DNA of 64,000 bases, taken from contig OZ234493.1 of NCBI GenBank assembly GCA_965153455.1, forward strand, positions 3,658,001 through 3,722,000, in the 5' to 3' direction. This document shows positions 1 through 13,955 of this stretch, in pieces. Origin of the DNA: Sphagnum compactum. Its lineage: Eukaryota. The notes under the pieces were generated by a model, which searched no databases, was not told the origin of the DNA, and saw only the letters and a list, made by a program, of their open reading frames with translations. A program made the position numbers and the translations under genes. How positions within the stretch are numbered: the stretch's first letter is position 1; each line of letters opens with the position of its first letter.

Positions 1-2563
1 TACATCCAATGCTTCTATATTTTTCTTCCATCTCAAAAAAATTTAATATTATGTTTGCACCTTTTCTTTTCTCAAACAATTCCCAATAACTACCTGTTAA
101 GTTCAATATTGGATTTTTAATGCCAAGGCTCTAAGTTACAACTATTTTGAAAAATGATTTGAGTTTCTTTAAAAGCTTTGCATTCATTCACATGTTAGAA
201 TTTGTTCCCCCCCCCCCCCCCCCCCCAAGGTTTAATATTAAATGTTTCATCAATCATTATTGGGGTTTAACATCAAATTTCATATTGATCAATTGGGGAA
301 TTAATACTAGATTTACCATAAACATCCCATCTAAGAGGCAATATTTGTGACAACAATTTCCATTCCACAAAAACTTGAGTTTTATATTATATTTCCCATT
401 AAGCAACACATGGATTTATTAATCTCAAATCATTTTCATTTTCTATTTAAATGTGCATACAAAATAGTTATAAAACATGTTTTTCCATTCTTGACAAAGA
501 AAAACCAATCAACACATCTACTTTAACACATATCACATTTATAATTGTTGGGTGTATTTATAATCAAACAAGCCACCTAAGGGGGTGGACACTATTTTAA
601 ATTGCAATTCTATATTTGTGAAAAATCACAACTAGGGGTTAAATCATTAGGCTTGTCCATTTCAATTTCAAAATTTTGAACTTTCACATTTAATTTTTGA
701 ATAATCACACATGTTCAGTGATATTTATAATTTGGTTTACTAATTTTTTGACTAATATCATAAAGGGAATCCACATTGGATGCATAGTTTGCAAACTATC
801 ATATTCTAAAACTTTTAACAAGTCTAATTTAACCTGCACTTTTCATATGCCACTTTTGAGCCAACTAATGAAAATTTTATTTAAATCGATCAATATATTC
901 TTCTAAACTAACTTATTGATCTAAACTAACTTATTGAAGAGTTTATACATCCCAAAAGACTACAACTAATATGTTAAGATCATTTGACTTAAACTTGGTG
1001 CATGATCCATAGCTCACTTCAAACATCTTTGTTCATATAATATTGCTAGTAACTACTCATGCTTTTAACATACTTCTAGTCCCTTTTTTATATTTTGCAT
1101 AATACATTTGGGGTATTATTAAACCATTAAGTATATTTGTGAAACCCAAAAAACTACCAATGTATGACCTCTGCCTAATTTCTACACAAGCCTCCTTTCC
1201 CAAATATACATCTTGAAGCTCATGTTAATAATCTATTTCAATGATGATCAAATGCACCTACTCATACATCAATACGAAATTGAAAAACACACCAATTCTA
1301 GTCATGACAACATAATCTCAAGATATTAAAAAGTTGTAGTTATAGTTGAACTAAAGTTGCTAACCAATACTTAAAATGGTGGTGCCAATTTCACTAAGGA
1401 AAAATTTTATTGGATTTGAAAACAAATTTTGGAGCTTGAAATTGGGATTCATATCAACCTTTGAAAGGAAAGTTTGAATTAATATATATGTGAACAACTA
1501 GAAGATCCAAGCAAACACCCTGTGAGACTCTTGTGTGTTCTTGGTTTACAAGTGTCAAAGCTTGAAGAATTTTTTTTGTATTGTTGAATGTCAAATCAAT
1601 TCAGGCATGTCTAATGTAACAATGCCTTTGGCTTTAGGTTTGATTGTGTTTAGCTAAATACAAGTGTTATTGGAGTCGCAAGAATCAAAATTGCTATAAA
1701 ACTCTTTTTAAAACTCACTACATATAGGCGTTGGTTGTGGTTTTCAACAAACAAATTCCAAATTACAAACAACATTTTCATGTATTTAGTTAATTTTGGA
1801 AATTTGAAAAAACAAGAATTAATAATTAATCATTTGAAAATTAAAAATAAACTTTGATTTGGGGGTCACCGAATGATGCAATGTCATAGATATTAATAAT
1901 GTTATGGTTCAAATTTAATAAAAAATTTGATCATAACCACCAAGTTAAAAAAATGTCCAAAATTAACAACACAACTTGTAAGCAAAAAAATTCAAATTAA
2001 CAAAAGAAACTTGTACAATAAAAATACATATATTATAACAACAACAATGTCTATTGGTTACAAAACTCCCAAAAAATTCACAAATTTACTATTAATGTGG
2101 AAGTTATAAATTAATGCACATAAATGAAGAAATATCTTATATTTGATTAATCAACTGAGATTTTCAGAATTTCCACAAATTTATGATGGATTTTGTTGTT
2201 ATTAAAAAAATTTCATTTTATCTTGCTAGATTGCAAATTTAAACACAAATTTTCAATGTCATGTATAACAATTCAAAGTTAGCTTTGGTACTGTTATTGT
2301 GAAGGAAAATTATGACCATCAAAGAAATGAACTTATGTTTTATCACAAAGTGTTTAGAGGTTTATTTAATAAGATATTTTTTGAAATTTAGCTTTTATTT
2401 AACTCAATTTTATTTAAAATAATTTCTTATTTAGTGTATTATAATATGTAATTTTGTTTAAATAAATGATTCAATGCAAATTAGTCATCTCACACATTTC
2501 CACTGAAAGAAGGGGGATGGGTGAATGTTGGGCATGGGTATCCTTGGGTGGGTCAACTAGGAA

Positions 2564-4010
2564 CACTACTAGGAAATGCGTCCTAGTTCACTATGGGTTT
2601 CACTAAGATTTTGAGTGAATTTGAACAATTTTACCTAGTGAAATTGTTTAACCCCCTAATGAACAGGGACCAGTTGCTCCGGACAATGACTTGTTTCACT
2701 AGTACCTAGTGAAACAAGGTTATTTTCAAGTGAAATACAAATTTACCAAACCATTCACTTGCTAGTTAATTAACTAACCAGTATGGAAATTAATTAAATT
2801 TTAATTATCTAATATATAATACTATTGATAATTTCATGATTTTTAAAGCCTATTATTTATTGACACGTGTCACTATCTACGCTAGGTTAAAAACCTAGCC
2901 TAGGTAGGTAAGTAGGCCACGTAATCAACCTAAGCACCTAACCTAAGAATTCGATAGGAAAATATCATGGTTTGCACCCTTAACCTTAGGAATGGGGGCA
3001 AACACCTTTACCATCAAACCACCCCACTTGTTGTGATAATATGTTACATTATATTCTATTTATCAAATACTTCATTTTAAACATTACAAAAATATAAACT
3101 TTGAAAATTCATATCTTATTGAGATTTTGTTCAAATGAAATTATTCGATTTTATTTTTTAAAAATATTCAATAATGTACATAATTACATTTATTTCCTTT
3201 TGAAAGTTTAAAATCATTTGAACAAAAAAAAAGTTGAATATCATTATTCAATAACATTTCAATGACCATTCTTTTGAAAAAAAAAATTTAGTAAATGGAT
3301 TTTTTTTGTTAATATAATAATACTACGTATGTTAAACTACTTTCAATTATTATATGATTATTTTTCATTAATTTAAATTATTTTACCCTACATTATTTAC
3401 GGTTATTTATGGTTATTTTAAATTACTTTTGGTTATTTTTGGCTATTTCACCCTATGTTACTTTTGGTTATTTTAAGTTATTTTTGGTTATTTTAACTTA
3501 TTTCACCTTAAACTATTTTCAGCTATTGTAAGTTTTTTTGTTATTCTATGTTATTTTTGGCTATTGTAGATTATTTCAATTTAAACTACTTGAAGTTATT
3601 ATAAATTACTTTTGGTTATTTTAACTTATTTCACTTTAGACTATTTTCAGCTATTGTAAGTTTTGTTGTCTATTCTATGTTATTTTTTGCTATTGTAAAT
3701 TATTTCAATTTAGATTACTTGTAGCTATTATAAGTTACTTTTGGCTATTGAAAATTATTTCACCTTAAGTTATTTTCATTTATTATAAATTATTTCACCT
3801 TAGATATTATTTTTGGCAATCCTAAGCAATATTAATATATTTGGCTATTGGTTGTTCTTTTATTAGTGCTATTGGTGGTTATTAATGGCTACTGATACCT
3901 ATTCTATTTGTGGCTATTAATGTTTTTAGTGGTTATTCTATTAATAGTTATTGATGGTTATTATATTAATGGCCATTAGTAGTATTCTATTGGTTGCTAT
4001 TCGTGGTTTA
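2564..4010. mobile_element. Truncated non-autonomous CACTA (En/Spm) element, sister copy of 5816-8031
   Basis: Begins CACTACTAGGAAATGCGTCCTAGTTCACTATGGG, as does the copy at 5816, and aligns with it for about 550 bp and again from TTGGCAATCCTAAGC (~3813). No right TIR found; right boundary approximate. Confidence 0.75.
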
Positions 4011-5815
4011 TTTCTTTAAAATGTGACAAAATTTGTCCAAAAAAGATCATTGGGAAGGATCACTATATTAATCAACCATTGGATGTAAAGTAACATGTTA
4101 GGATGACTTCCTTGAATTTAGTCTTGGATGAAGGTCAATTGTGATTTAAGGTCCTCAATAGTTTGGAACTAAATAACAAAGGACATGGGTTGTGAACATG
4201 AACGATCAATTTGATGCACACATGTATGCAATTTCATCACATCCATTTTCCAAGCACCCTTTGCTTAATATGATATCATTCTCGAAAAAAATCTCTTTAT
4301 AATTAAGGACAATATATACCAAATTGCTCTATGAATGTTCGTCCAAATTAATAATCCATCAAGTTCAACAAATTTTCCTTTGGAAATTGATAGAAAAGTT
4401 TTAATTTTTTTTTGGATGAAAAGAAAACACATTTCACAAATCTAACATCAAGAACATCTGAAAATGCTTCCAAAGGAGGCATTTTGAAAAAAGAAATGGT
4501 TTTGTACCTCATCACCTCCCCCACCCAACATCATTAAAATGGTGGACATTGTTAAACAACCATGTATTACCTCTAGAATTGTCACAAGGGGTCTCGTATG
4601 GCACTTGTCGAACTCTCCATTTAAAAAAACTTATTCTTGTCCATCAACTTCCTTGTGGAGCCTAAAACAATTACATGGGTTTAGATTACAACGAGGACCA
4701 TGGTGAAAAGGTTAGTGCCATTGACATTAGGGGGCTCATGGCCATGGATGACAATGGTCCCAATTCATATGATGGTGTTGTGATTCATGAGCTGAAAAGG
4801 TCATTCGCCTTGATGGAGCAAACCTTATCTCAATTATAAAATACAATGGTCAAAATCATTTCCAAGTGCAAGGAGGGTGGTCTTGTATTTCGTGACCAAT
4901 ATGTGACACCACTTCTATGAGTTGTTGCATTGGACATTTGAAACATTTGTTGGGCATGAACTAATGAATCAATGCACATGGGTATGGTGTTTAGTCAAAC
5001 GGAGGATGGTTTGGGGAAATTAATTAATTGATTGAAAGACTTGCATGAAACTATGTTGAAACATGTAGATTTTTGTAGCAAGAGGACCTAAAAATAAATG
5101 AGGGCTTCACATTTGTACTCACCACCAAAATAATATGTGGTGTTCAATCCATTTGTGATTGATGATTATGCAAAATTTGTTTTATCATGCATACCTCAAT
5201 GTGTTAGTTGCCAAATTTTCTTCTGCATGAAATATTAAATGCCCACCCATGTGTTCAATGTTAAAAAATCTTGCAACAAATATACACAATGTGAGTTATA
5301 ACACAAGATACTTTACCCGTTGACTATAAAGGTTTCCACAATATTCATACATTAAAGGTGTGTCAAAAACCCAATGAAGGTTCAACATCACTAAATGTTT
5401 ACAATGCAACACTGCCAAAAATAAAGGAATATTCATATTACTATCAATATGTAATGTCCTTGGTTGGATATCACATATATACCACCATTCCTTTAAATGG
5501 GATAATATAAATAAGCCTTGGGTTAGATATTGTGTCAATAGATTGTCATTGAGAAATAACACACACACACAAGAAGGTTTGTAATATACTAATTGAAGCA
5601 ATATAAATAATCCTTAGGTTAAATATTGTGTTTATGTATTGTCATGAAGGTATTGCACACACATGAAAATTAGAAGGTTTTCAATACTCTAATTGGGGTA
5701 ATATAATTAAGCTTTAGGTTAGATAATGTGTTTACAAACTATCATGATCATCAAAGTTTGTAATACTATGATTAAAGTAATATAAATAATCCTTATGTTA
5801 AATATCGTGTTTATA

Positions 5816-8031
5816 CACTACTAGGAAATGCGTCCTAGTTCACTATGGGTTTCACTAGATTTTTGAGTGAAATTGTTTAACCCCCTAGTGAACGGGGACT
5901 AGTTGCTACGGACAATGACTTGTTTCACTAATAACTAGTGAAATAAGGTTATTCTCTAGTGAAATACAAATTTACCAAACCATTCACTTGCTAGTTAATT
6001 AACTAACCAGTATGGAAAATAATTAAATTTTAATTATTTAATATATAATACTATTGATAATTTCATGATTTTTAAAGCCTATTATTTATTGACACGTGTC
6101 ACTACTTACGTTAGGTTAAAAACCTAGCCTATGTAGGTAGGTAGGCCACGTAATCAACCTAGGCACCTAACCTAGGAATTCGATAGGAGAATATTCGGTC
6201 AACATACCATGTTGACCACACACAACACCACCCATGAGGTTTGATCCCTTGACCTTTGGAATGGGGGCAACACCTTTACCATCAAACCACCCCACTTGTT
6301 ATGATTATATGTTACATTACATTTTATTTATTAAATACTTCATTTTGAACATTACAAAAATATAAACTTTGAAAATTGGCAATCCTAAGCAATTATAATA
6401 TATGGCTATTGGTTATTTTTTTATTAGTGCTATTGGTGGTTATTAATGGCTATTGGTACCTATTCTATTTGTGGCTATTAATGTTTTTTAGTGGTTATTC
6501 TATTAATAGTTATTGGTGATTATTCTATTAGTGGCCATTAGTAGTTATTCTATTGGTAGTTATTCTATTAATGGCTATTGGTGGCTATTCTATTAATGGC
6601 TACTGGTGGCTATTCTATTAATAGCTATTCGTGATTAATATATTAATGGCTATTGGTGGTTATTCTATTAATGGCTATTGGTGGCTATTTTATTAATGAT
6701 TATTCGTGATTAATTTATTGATGGATATTGGTGCCTACTCTATTAATGGTTATTGGTGGCTAATATATTAGTGACTATTTATGATTAATCTATTAGTGGC
6801 TATTGGTGGCTAATATATTAATGGCTATTGGTGGCTATTCTATTAATGGCTACTGGTGGTTATTCTATTAATGGCTATTGGTGGCTATTCTATTAATAGC
6901 TATTTGTGATTAATGTATTAATGGCTATTGTGGTTATTTTATTAATGGCTATTGGTGGGTATTTTATTAATGGCTATTCATTATTAATTTATTAATGGAT
7001 ATTGGTGGCTATTCTATTAATGGCTATTGGTTGCTAATCTATTAATGGTTATTTGTGATTAATCTATTAATGGTTATTGGTGACTATTCTATTAATGGCT
7101 ATTGGTGGCTATTCTATTAATGGTTATTCGTGATTAATCTATTAATGGCTATTGGTGGATATTCTATTAATGGCTATTGGTGGATATTCTATTAATGGCT
7201 ATTGGTGGCTATTTTATTAATGGCTATTGGTGGTTATTTTATTGGTGGTTACTGACGGCTATTTTATTATGGTTATTATTGGTTATTGTATTATAAGTAT
7301 TGTTGGTTATTATATATTATATTACAACTATTGGTGATTATTGTATTATAAATTATTGTTTGATATTCTACGTTATAATATCATAAGCTATTGGTAGTTA
7401 TTATATTGTAGGGTATTTAAAATTATTTTTCATAGGTTATTATTTTCTATTTTAAGTTATTTTTACCTTAGGCCATTATATTCTGTTTTAGATTATTTTA
7501 AAGTTATTATGCTTAGGATAAAATCATTTATAATAACATTAAGTAGAATGACCTTGAATAATTTAAAGTATAACTTGAAATAACATACATTAATTTAAAA
7601 TAAATAACCTAAGGTATAGCCTAAAGTTAGTTGAATAATTTAATTTTAAATAATTTAAAAGCTTATAATAAACTAGTTAAGATACTTTAAGGTAAAATAA
7701 CATATAATAATTTAGGGTACAATAATTTATAATAGACTATAATAACATAAAATATAAGTTATAATAACTAAAGTAGCTTAAAATAATATAGGGTATATCA
7801 TAAAATAACATAGATATAATATTTTAAAAAACATAGAAATAAACCTATTTGCTATAGTAAATTGTAATAGTGAATTATGTTAACTAGAAATGAAACATGA
7901 TGTCTACATAGTGATATTATAATGAAATAACTTTCATTAGGTGAAATCAGTAAAATGCAATGAAGTTATTTCACTTTTAAGGTCCCATAGTGATTTAAGC
8001 TAATAAACTACACCCCACTTTGGTAGTAGTG
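5816..8031. mobile_element. Non-autonomous CACTA element with both termini
   Basis: Left end CACTACTA (5816), right end TAGTAGTG (8031). Flanking 3-mers ATA/ATG (TSD with 1 mismatch). Removing the element restores a unit of the flanking tandem array. No coding capacity. Confidence 0.85.
6540..7260. repeat. 25-bp minisatellite inside the CACTA element
   Basis: Many degenerate copies of TATTCTATTAATGGCTATTGGTGGC. Confidence 0.85.
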
Positions 8032-11000
8032 ATGGATTCCCATGAGGGTATTGCACACACACAAGAAAATCTAAAGGTTACGCAATACCCTAATCAAAAA
8101 ATATATAAATAATATTTAGGTTAAATATAATGTTTATAGATTGTCATGAAGGTATTGCACGCACAAAAAGGAATCTAGAGGTTTTGCAATACCTTAATCA
8201 AAATAATATAAATAATTTTAAGGTTAAATATGGTTTTTACAAATTGTCATGAGGGTATTACACACATAAAAAAGAATCAATGGGGTTTTGTGATACCTTA
8301 ATAAAGGTAATATAAATAATCCTTAGGTTAAATATAATGTTTATAAACTCATAAAAGTATTGCACACACATAAGAAAATCCAAAGGGATTGCAATATCTA
8401 ATCAAGGCAATATAAATAAGATGGTGATGATTATAATCAATGAAGGTATTACAAAAATCAATGCATTCATGATTTTTTAAACTTTAACATGCTTTTGAAA
8501 CAGTTTTGCAATACATTTATTGAATAATTGAATTTCATTATATGACCTTGAACCGCAATGTAATACCTTTATCTATCACTAAATAATTGATTAAACATGA
8601 ATTTGGGCATTATTTTCTACAAAATTTCATTTATGCCCAATGTATTATGTAACCAAAATTGGAATTCATCTTTTTTAAATTATAAGCATACAATCTTTCA
8701 TACATTCACAATAAATGCAAAATGAAAGAACAAAATGCCACATGTGATAAAATATGGGTGTTGGACACCATGGTATAAAAATTGTGTAAGTCCAAAATAT
8801 GTCCATCATCTCTATGTCTATCCAAAAAGTTCAAAATCAATTAATGAAAATGAGATACGTCCACTATAAGCGACTCAACAAAACTAACAAAAAGGGATGA
8901 CATGCCATTCACCTTCTTATAGTTTGCCACATAATCTTGTGCCCTTTAGGTTTGGTGGCATGTGAACAACTAACAGTTGGCCAAAACTGCTTGCACAACT
9001 TTGACCACAAAACCCTTTTTGATGTTGCTTCAAATCTTATCGTGAAGGCAAACACACTAATTTATACAATGTATCATGTATTTCAATATTTGATTTTAGA
9101 TGTGTAGGACTCTTATTGACTGGCCATGAATCATCTTTGATGCATGGTATTGTGTAAACAAATAAATCTCCTGGTGAATCATGGTATTGTGTAAACACAT
9201 ATATCTCTTGGTGCCACATTGTTTTACTAGAAGCTTTCTTCCAATTTTTGAAGTCTCATGTGCATTTCAAGACCTTTGTGTGGGTGGTTTAATTCCTTCA
9301 AATGACTAATGCTAAGTCTCATTTCATTCCACCTTGGAAATCACATTGGGGGATGGACCCCACACCCCATTTAATGATGCCAAGGAGAGTGAACAACGTA
9401 GAAACATTTAAGTGAATTATTTTGAGTGTCATTCAAAGACGATGACTTCAAGATTATGAAACCAAAATAACAAGTTGCATATTGCTTTCTATTGAAGTTT
9501 TTGGTGTTTTTACTAAAGATATACATGGAAATAGACTTGCATCACTCAAGCAAAAAAATTGCTTATAGTTTTAGAGGTTTGGATTACGATGAACTATAAT
9601 TTTTTCCCTCCAAATTTAACTTGTAGATCTAACTATTCTAGAGCAAAAAATCTTGAACTGAAAAAATTTAATAGCTTAGTAAAAAATCCCACATTGCCAC
9701 CTTTTTATAAATTCAAATGCTTTCATCATCATCTTCGTTCAGTTTGTGGAAAATGGATTTTTTTGGGTCAAAATTGCAAACAAAATATTTATGTTGAAAG
9801 ACGAATGACCCACAATTTAAGATGCACCCATCAAGGAAGGATGCCATTTCATGACATAAAAACGAGTAATAAAGGGGAAAGTATCCATGAACAACATATC
9901 TTTCTCCAAGTCCACAAAATGATAAAAAAAGATCAAGTAGGATTATGTGACTGCTAGAAAAAAAATTAGCAAATGTGGCCTTTGTAAACCAAGAGTTATA
10001 GAAGAAAACATAATGAAAGCACTATGAAAATACAATTATTAGCATTTATTACATGTAGGCAACCATGTCAACACAACCTATGCTTTTTGGGGTTGGAAAC
10101 AATCAACATGAAACCAAATGATTGATCAAACTTTTTGTTAATACTGCTTTAGGTTGACATATACAAACTAATTAATTGACCATGTATGGTCTAACTATAG
10201 TCCACATCAAATGGGATTTTATACTACAATCAACTTGCAAGGTGACCATGATGCAACAAAATGTTGATCGTTGAGAATTAATGCACATCACAAGATCAAT
10301 GCCACACATAGTAATCAACAAATTGCATTGGCTTGAGTTGCATTGATATGTACAAATTGGGTTTCTAGCTAGATATCAAGAATATAATGAATGGAAAGGA
10401 ACAAAAGAATTTTCAACACTTTAGGAGGATTGAAGTCAAGTTAAATAAAATTGAGAAATAATTGCTTGATAATAAAATTCGTAAAATTTTAAATCTAACT
10501 ACATGTCATCAAACAAGAAGAAAAGGAAACCTAGTTGCATAAAGAGTTGTACATTGAAGGACTATAACAAGAGGGAAAAAGTTTGTTGGCATAAGAACTT
10601 AAGGAATCATTCCAAACTTCATGATTTCAACTTTGTTTGAGGAGTTTTTAGCTTCTTGGCCATGTGGTCACAAGTCATTATCTACTATCCATATGTTTAG
10701 TAGAAAGAGAACATGCATGAAATAGAACTAGTTGCAATTGTAAACCTACATTCCATTGAGTTCTTATGAATTTTCAAGTCACAGAAATAAGAAAAGGAAC
10801 AAGAAGATTGTGCTTTGCTTTATGTACATTTACAATTATTAGCATTGAGAAAGCTACCAAGGCACATAACTTCAATTTTGACAAATTTGACTTTACACAT
10901 ATGCTTTCAAAGCAATTAATCTTGGCAAATATTGAAACAAGATAATGTTCTTTCAAAAGAATCTCAAAGTTATTATCACGTGTAGTTGTGTAGAGTATAA

Positions 11001-13277
11001 CAAAAAAATGACATTATTAACCAATCAAAAAAGAAACACTACCATGGCTAAGGGGCTAAGTTAATTCAATCTTCAACTTTTAAAAAAATAGAGGAATTAA
11101 AAGTGCCCATCACTCAAGATGGATTCCATGCAACCTTATAATCTCTTCTTATATCAAGAGATTCTTGAAGAAACATATAATAATTAAGAAAAAACCTTTT
11201 AAACTTAAGACCTCTACTTAAAAGAACAATTAAAATAAGCCTTGAAAGATGTCTATGTTAACTAAAATTGCTTGACAAAATTGAGGATTAATTTAATGTC
11301 TTAGAAATTGGAACAATCACCATTTATATTTTAAAAATTTAGACTTTGGATAAGAGGCTCAAGCCCTTTGCAACATATGTATGAATAAATAATTCTTGAC
11401 CTAGAGATGAATCATATGTCCAAGCTATTAGGAGCCAAGACTAAAATCTCCTAAGAGGCTAATTTAGCAACTTGTGGGATTGATGATTAAATACAACTTG
11501 ACTTAAATATTTTAACATACTTCCAAACTATTAGGGACCAAGACCTAAATCTTCTAAAAGGCCTAAGCTCTTGCAGAATATCTCTATGACCAAAGAAATC
11601 TTGACTAAAAAACAGAACATAAGTCCAAGCTTACAGGGACCCAACCCTAAATCTTCCATGACTGGAATCTTTTAAGAATTAATATATTCCGAAGCTATCT
11701 AATAGGGTACCCGAACCTAAATAGACTTCCAAGGATGGAACACACTTCCACTATGGGAAAGAGGTTCAGCATAAACCAGACCCATCTTATACATCCATGT
11801 GAGAGGAAACCAAAACATTCAAATCAGCAATAAAACTCTCTACCACCCAAAAATTGAGATTCACAAGGGTGAGGATTCATACAAACCAATGCTATATGAG
11901 CAAGAGCAGTCAAAACATTGGATTCTTAAGGTGTAAAGTGCAACCACCTTGAATAGCCTAATGAGATGGAATTTCGTTCAAAACTGGGAAGCTCAGAAAA
12001 AGACAAAACATAATTGGACATGTAAACATTAGGTAAGAAATTGATAAGAAAACTTATGTTGAGACATAAGATGTTATGGTCCCAATTTAAGGGTCAAACG
12101 TGTTTTTCTTTAGGGTGTCTAAGGTCATCAAGAAAGGCCAATTAGCACCAAATTTCTCGCATCAGGTAAATTTTTTTGAGCACTTTCACCTACTATGGCA
12201 TAGAAATGGTACAATCAATGAAATAATAGTCATCAAAGATTTTAGCACCAAGTCTCACTACCACCCACCATTTGTCCATATTCTTGAAACAAGTCTCCAA
12301 GTCCAGACTAAGTGACCCTAAAGGCTTCTATGTGTTGATGTCCTTGGAATGAGTCTTGGGCTCTGGACTAAGAGACCCTTAAGCAGGCTGGGTGTCCCGC
12401 TCTAATTGGGACCATGCCTAGAAGATTAGAGAGAAACAAACCATATCTATGACAAAATCCTAAACCCTATGACAAGCAATGCTTGTACAATCAATCGAAT
12501 CAAGAATTAGCCCTGAAAACGAACCATAGATAATCAAAGACAGTTGAGAATTGCAGCAAACAAGCAAGTGCACTAATCAATGCTTACTTAGAATGGGAAA
12601 AAAATAAAAATAAAGACTAAGCTATATTTGATGTCACCTGGCTTAAAAACTCCCTGGGAAAATGTCCAATTTGCAATAAAAAAGAAAGCCAAAAATTCTG
12701 AGTCTAAACCCAATCCAGAGAGTCCTCCAACAGAATTTCTTGAAGGTTTTTCAGAAGTGTGCTAAAACCAAAAGAATCTGTGATTTTGCATTACTCATCA
12801 GCTGTGTCAATTTTGCAAAATTTTGCACAGAGAGAGAGAGAGAGAGAGGAGAAATTGTGAAGTACTCTAAGAAAACTTTAGTGTAAAATGGAGGTGCATG
12901 GAGGGCTGTAATTTACCTCCAGGATTGGGTAGGTATACTATAGTACAAGTGCAGATTCTTCAACACATGTCTGTCAACTAATCAATTAATTTTATGTTGA
13001 AAATTAAAATATTTCTGAATATTTCAACAGATTCTATATTTTCTTTCAGAACTGTTTTACTGCTTTGAAAAAAAATAAAAATTCAAAAGATTTCAACATT
13101 ACTATGAATAATGTAATTGGTGTTTGAAGCTGCCAAGGGTATGACAGAATTCCATTTTGAGGAGGGTGAGCGTTCAGAGCTCTCGCTATTTACGAGGCAG
13201 AATCATACAGGTTAATCTCAACCACTGATTTTATTTTACATAATTTGTCTTGTTTGATCTCAGCCGTTGTTGGCCTG

Positions 13278-13308
<31 letters not shown>

Positions 13309-13582
13309 ACGAACCAAGTGTTGTGCAGATTCTCGGCTGCTGCAACACACCAGAGCTAGCGAAGAAGGAAAGAACTCCATCGACGAAACTCTGCTTCCTT
13401 CATATCTCTATACAATCCATTCCAAAGACATCGGATCTGCACTGACGTGTGTTCCACAATACCAAATTTCTGTCCAAAAAGAGTCTCTCAGAGAAAGTGC
13501 GAGAGAAAGAGTCTCTTAGACGAAGTGCGAGAGAAAGAGTCAGACTCTCTGCGAAACAGAGCGAGAGAAAGAAAGTGTGCAT

Positions 13583-13606
13583 AGAGAGAGAGAGAGAGAG
13601 AGAGAG
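13583..13606. repeat. (AG)n microsatellite next to the copia insertion site
   Basis: Pure AG run ending just before the ATATT target-site duplication; a similar run lies at ~12829-12848. Confidence 0.9.
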
Positions 13607-13612
13607 AATATT

Positions 13613-13936
13613 TGTTGAGAATCTCAGGTTGCACAGCAACAAACTTTAGGAAAGATGCATAACATTACAAGTTCGCAAGTCTAAGTCCCAGTGTCTATCT
13701 CGCTACTCGACTTGCTGCTTTTTATCCTTTCGGTCGGGCTTACAGGACCTACGGGCACGTGACAAGGGTACGCTACTTATCGAATCTTCTAGAAGGAACT
13801 TTTGAAACTTCTACACGTGACTAGGCGGCTCCAGATGCAGACTATTCAATGTTCCAGTCATTCGGGTGTCGAAATCCTTATGATTGCTATCACGTGCCTA
13901 GCTAACCTGTTATTAACCCGACAGCTGATTTCAACA
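13613..13936 (-). repeat. 3' LTR of the copia element
   Basis: TGTTGAGAATCTC...GATTTCAACA; 5 substitutions versus the other LTR by manual comparison. Confidence 0.95.
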
Positions 13937-13950
13937 TTCCCCCACACACG
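13937..13950 (-). promoter_or_regulatory. Polypurine tract (PPT)
   Basis: Minus strand reads CGTGTGTGGGGGAA directly before the 3' LTR. Confidence 0.75.
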
Positions 13951-13955
13951 AATGA

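Larger units (their letters stand above)
5502..8420. repeat. ~100-bp tandem array (about 7 units) split by a CACTA insertion at 5816-8031
   Basis: Unit TATAAATAATCCTTAGGTTAAATAT..GTTTAT..ATTGTCATGAAGGTATTGCACAC..TGCAATACC recurs at ~5505, 5602, 5701, 5781 (interrupted), 8103, 8207 and 8311. Confidence 0.75.

Noticed and set aside
4200-5100. Possible decayed LINE or transposase remnants (also ~8850-9250, 10600-12000 and 35700-36050)
   Set aside because: Only vague coding-like texture; no diagnostic motif survives.
13125-13147. TGAAGCTGCCA matches the start of miR167
   Set aside because: Only 11 nt match and no complementary hairpin arm was seen.
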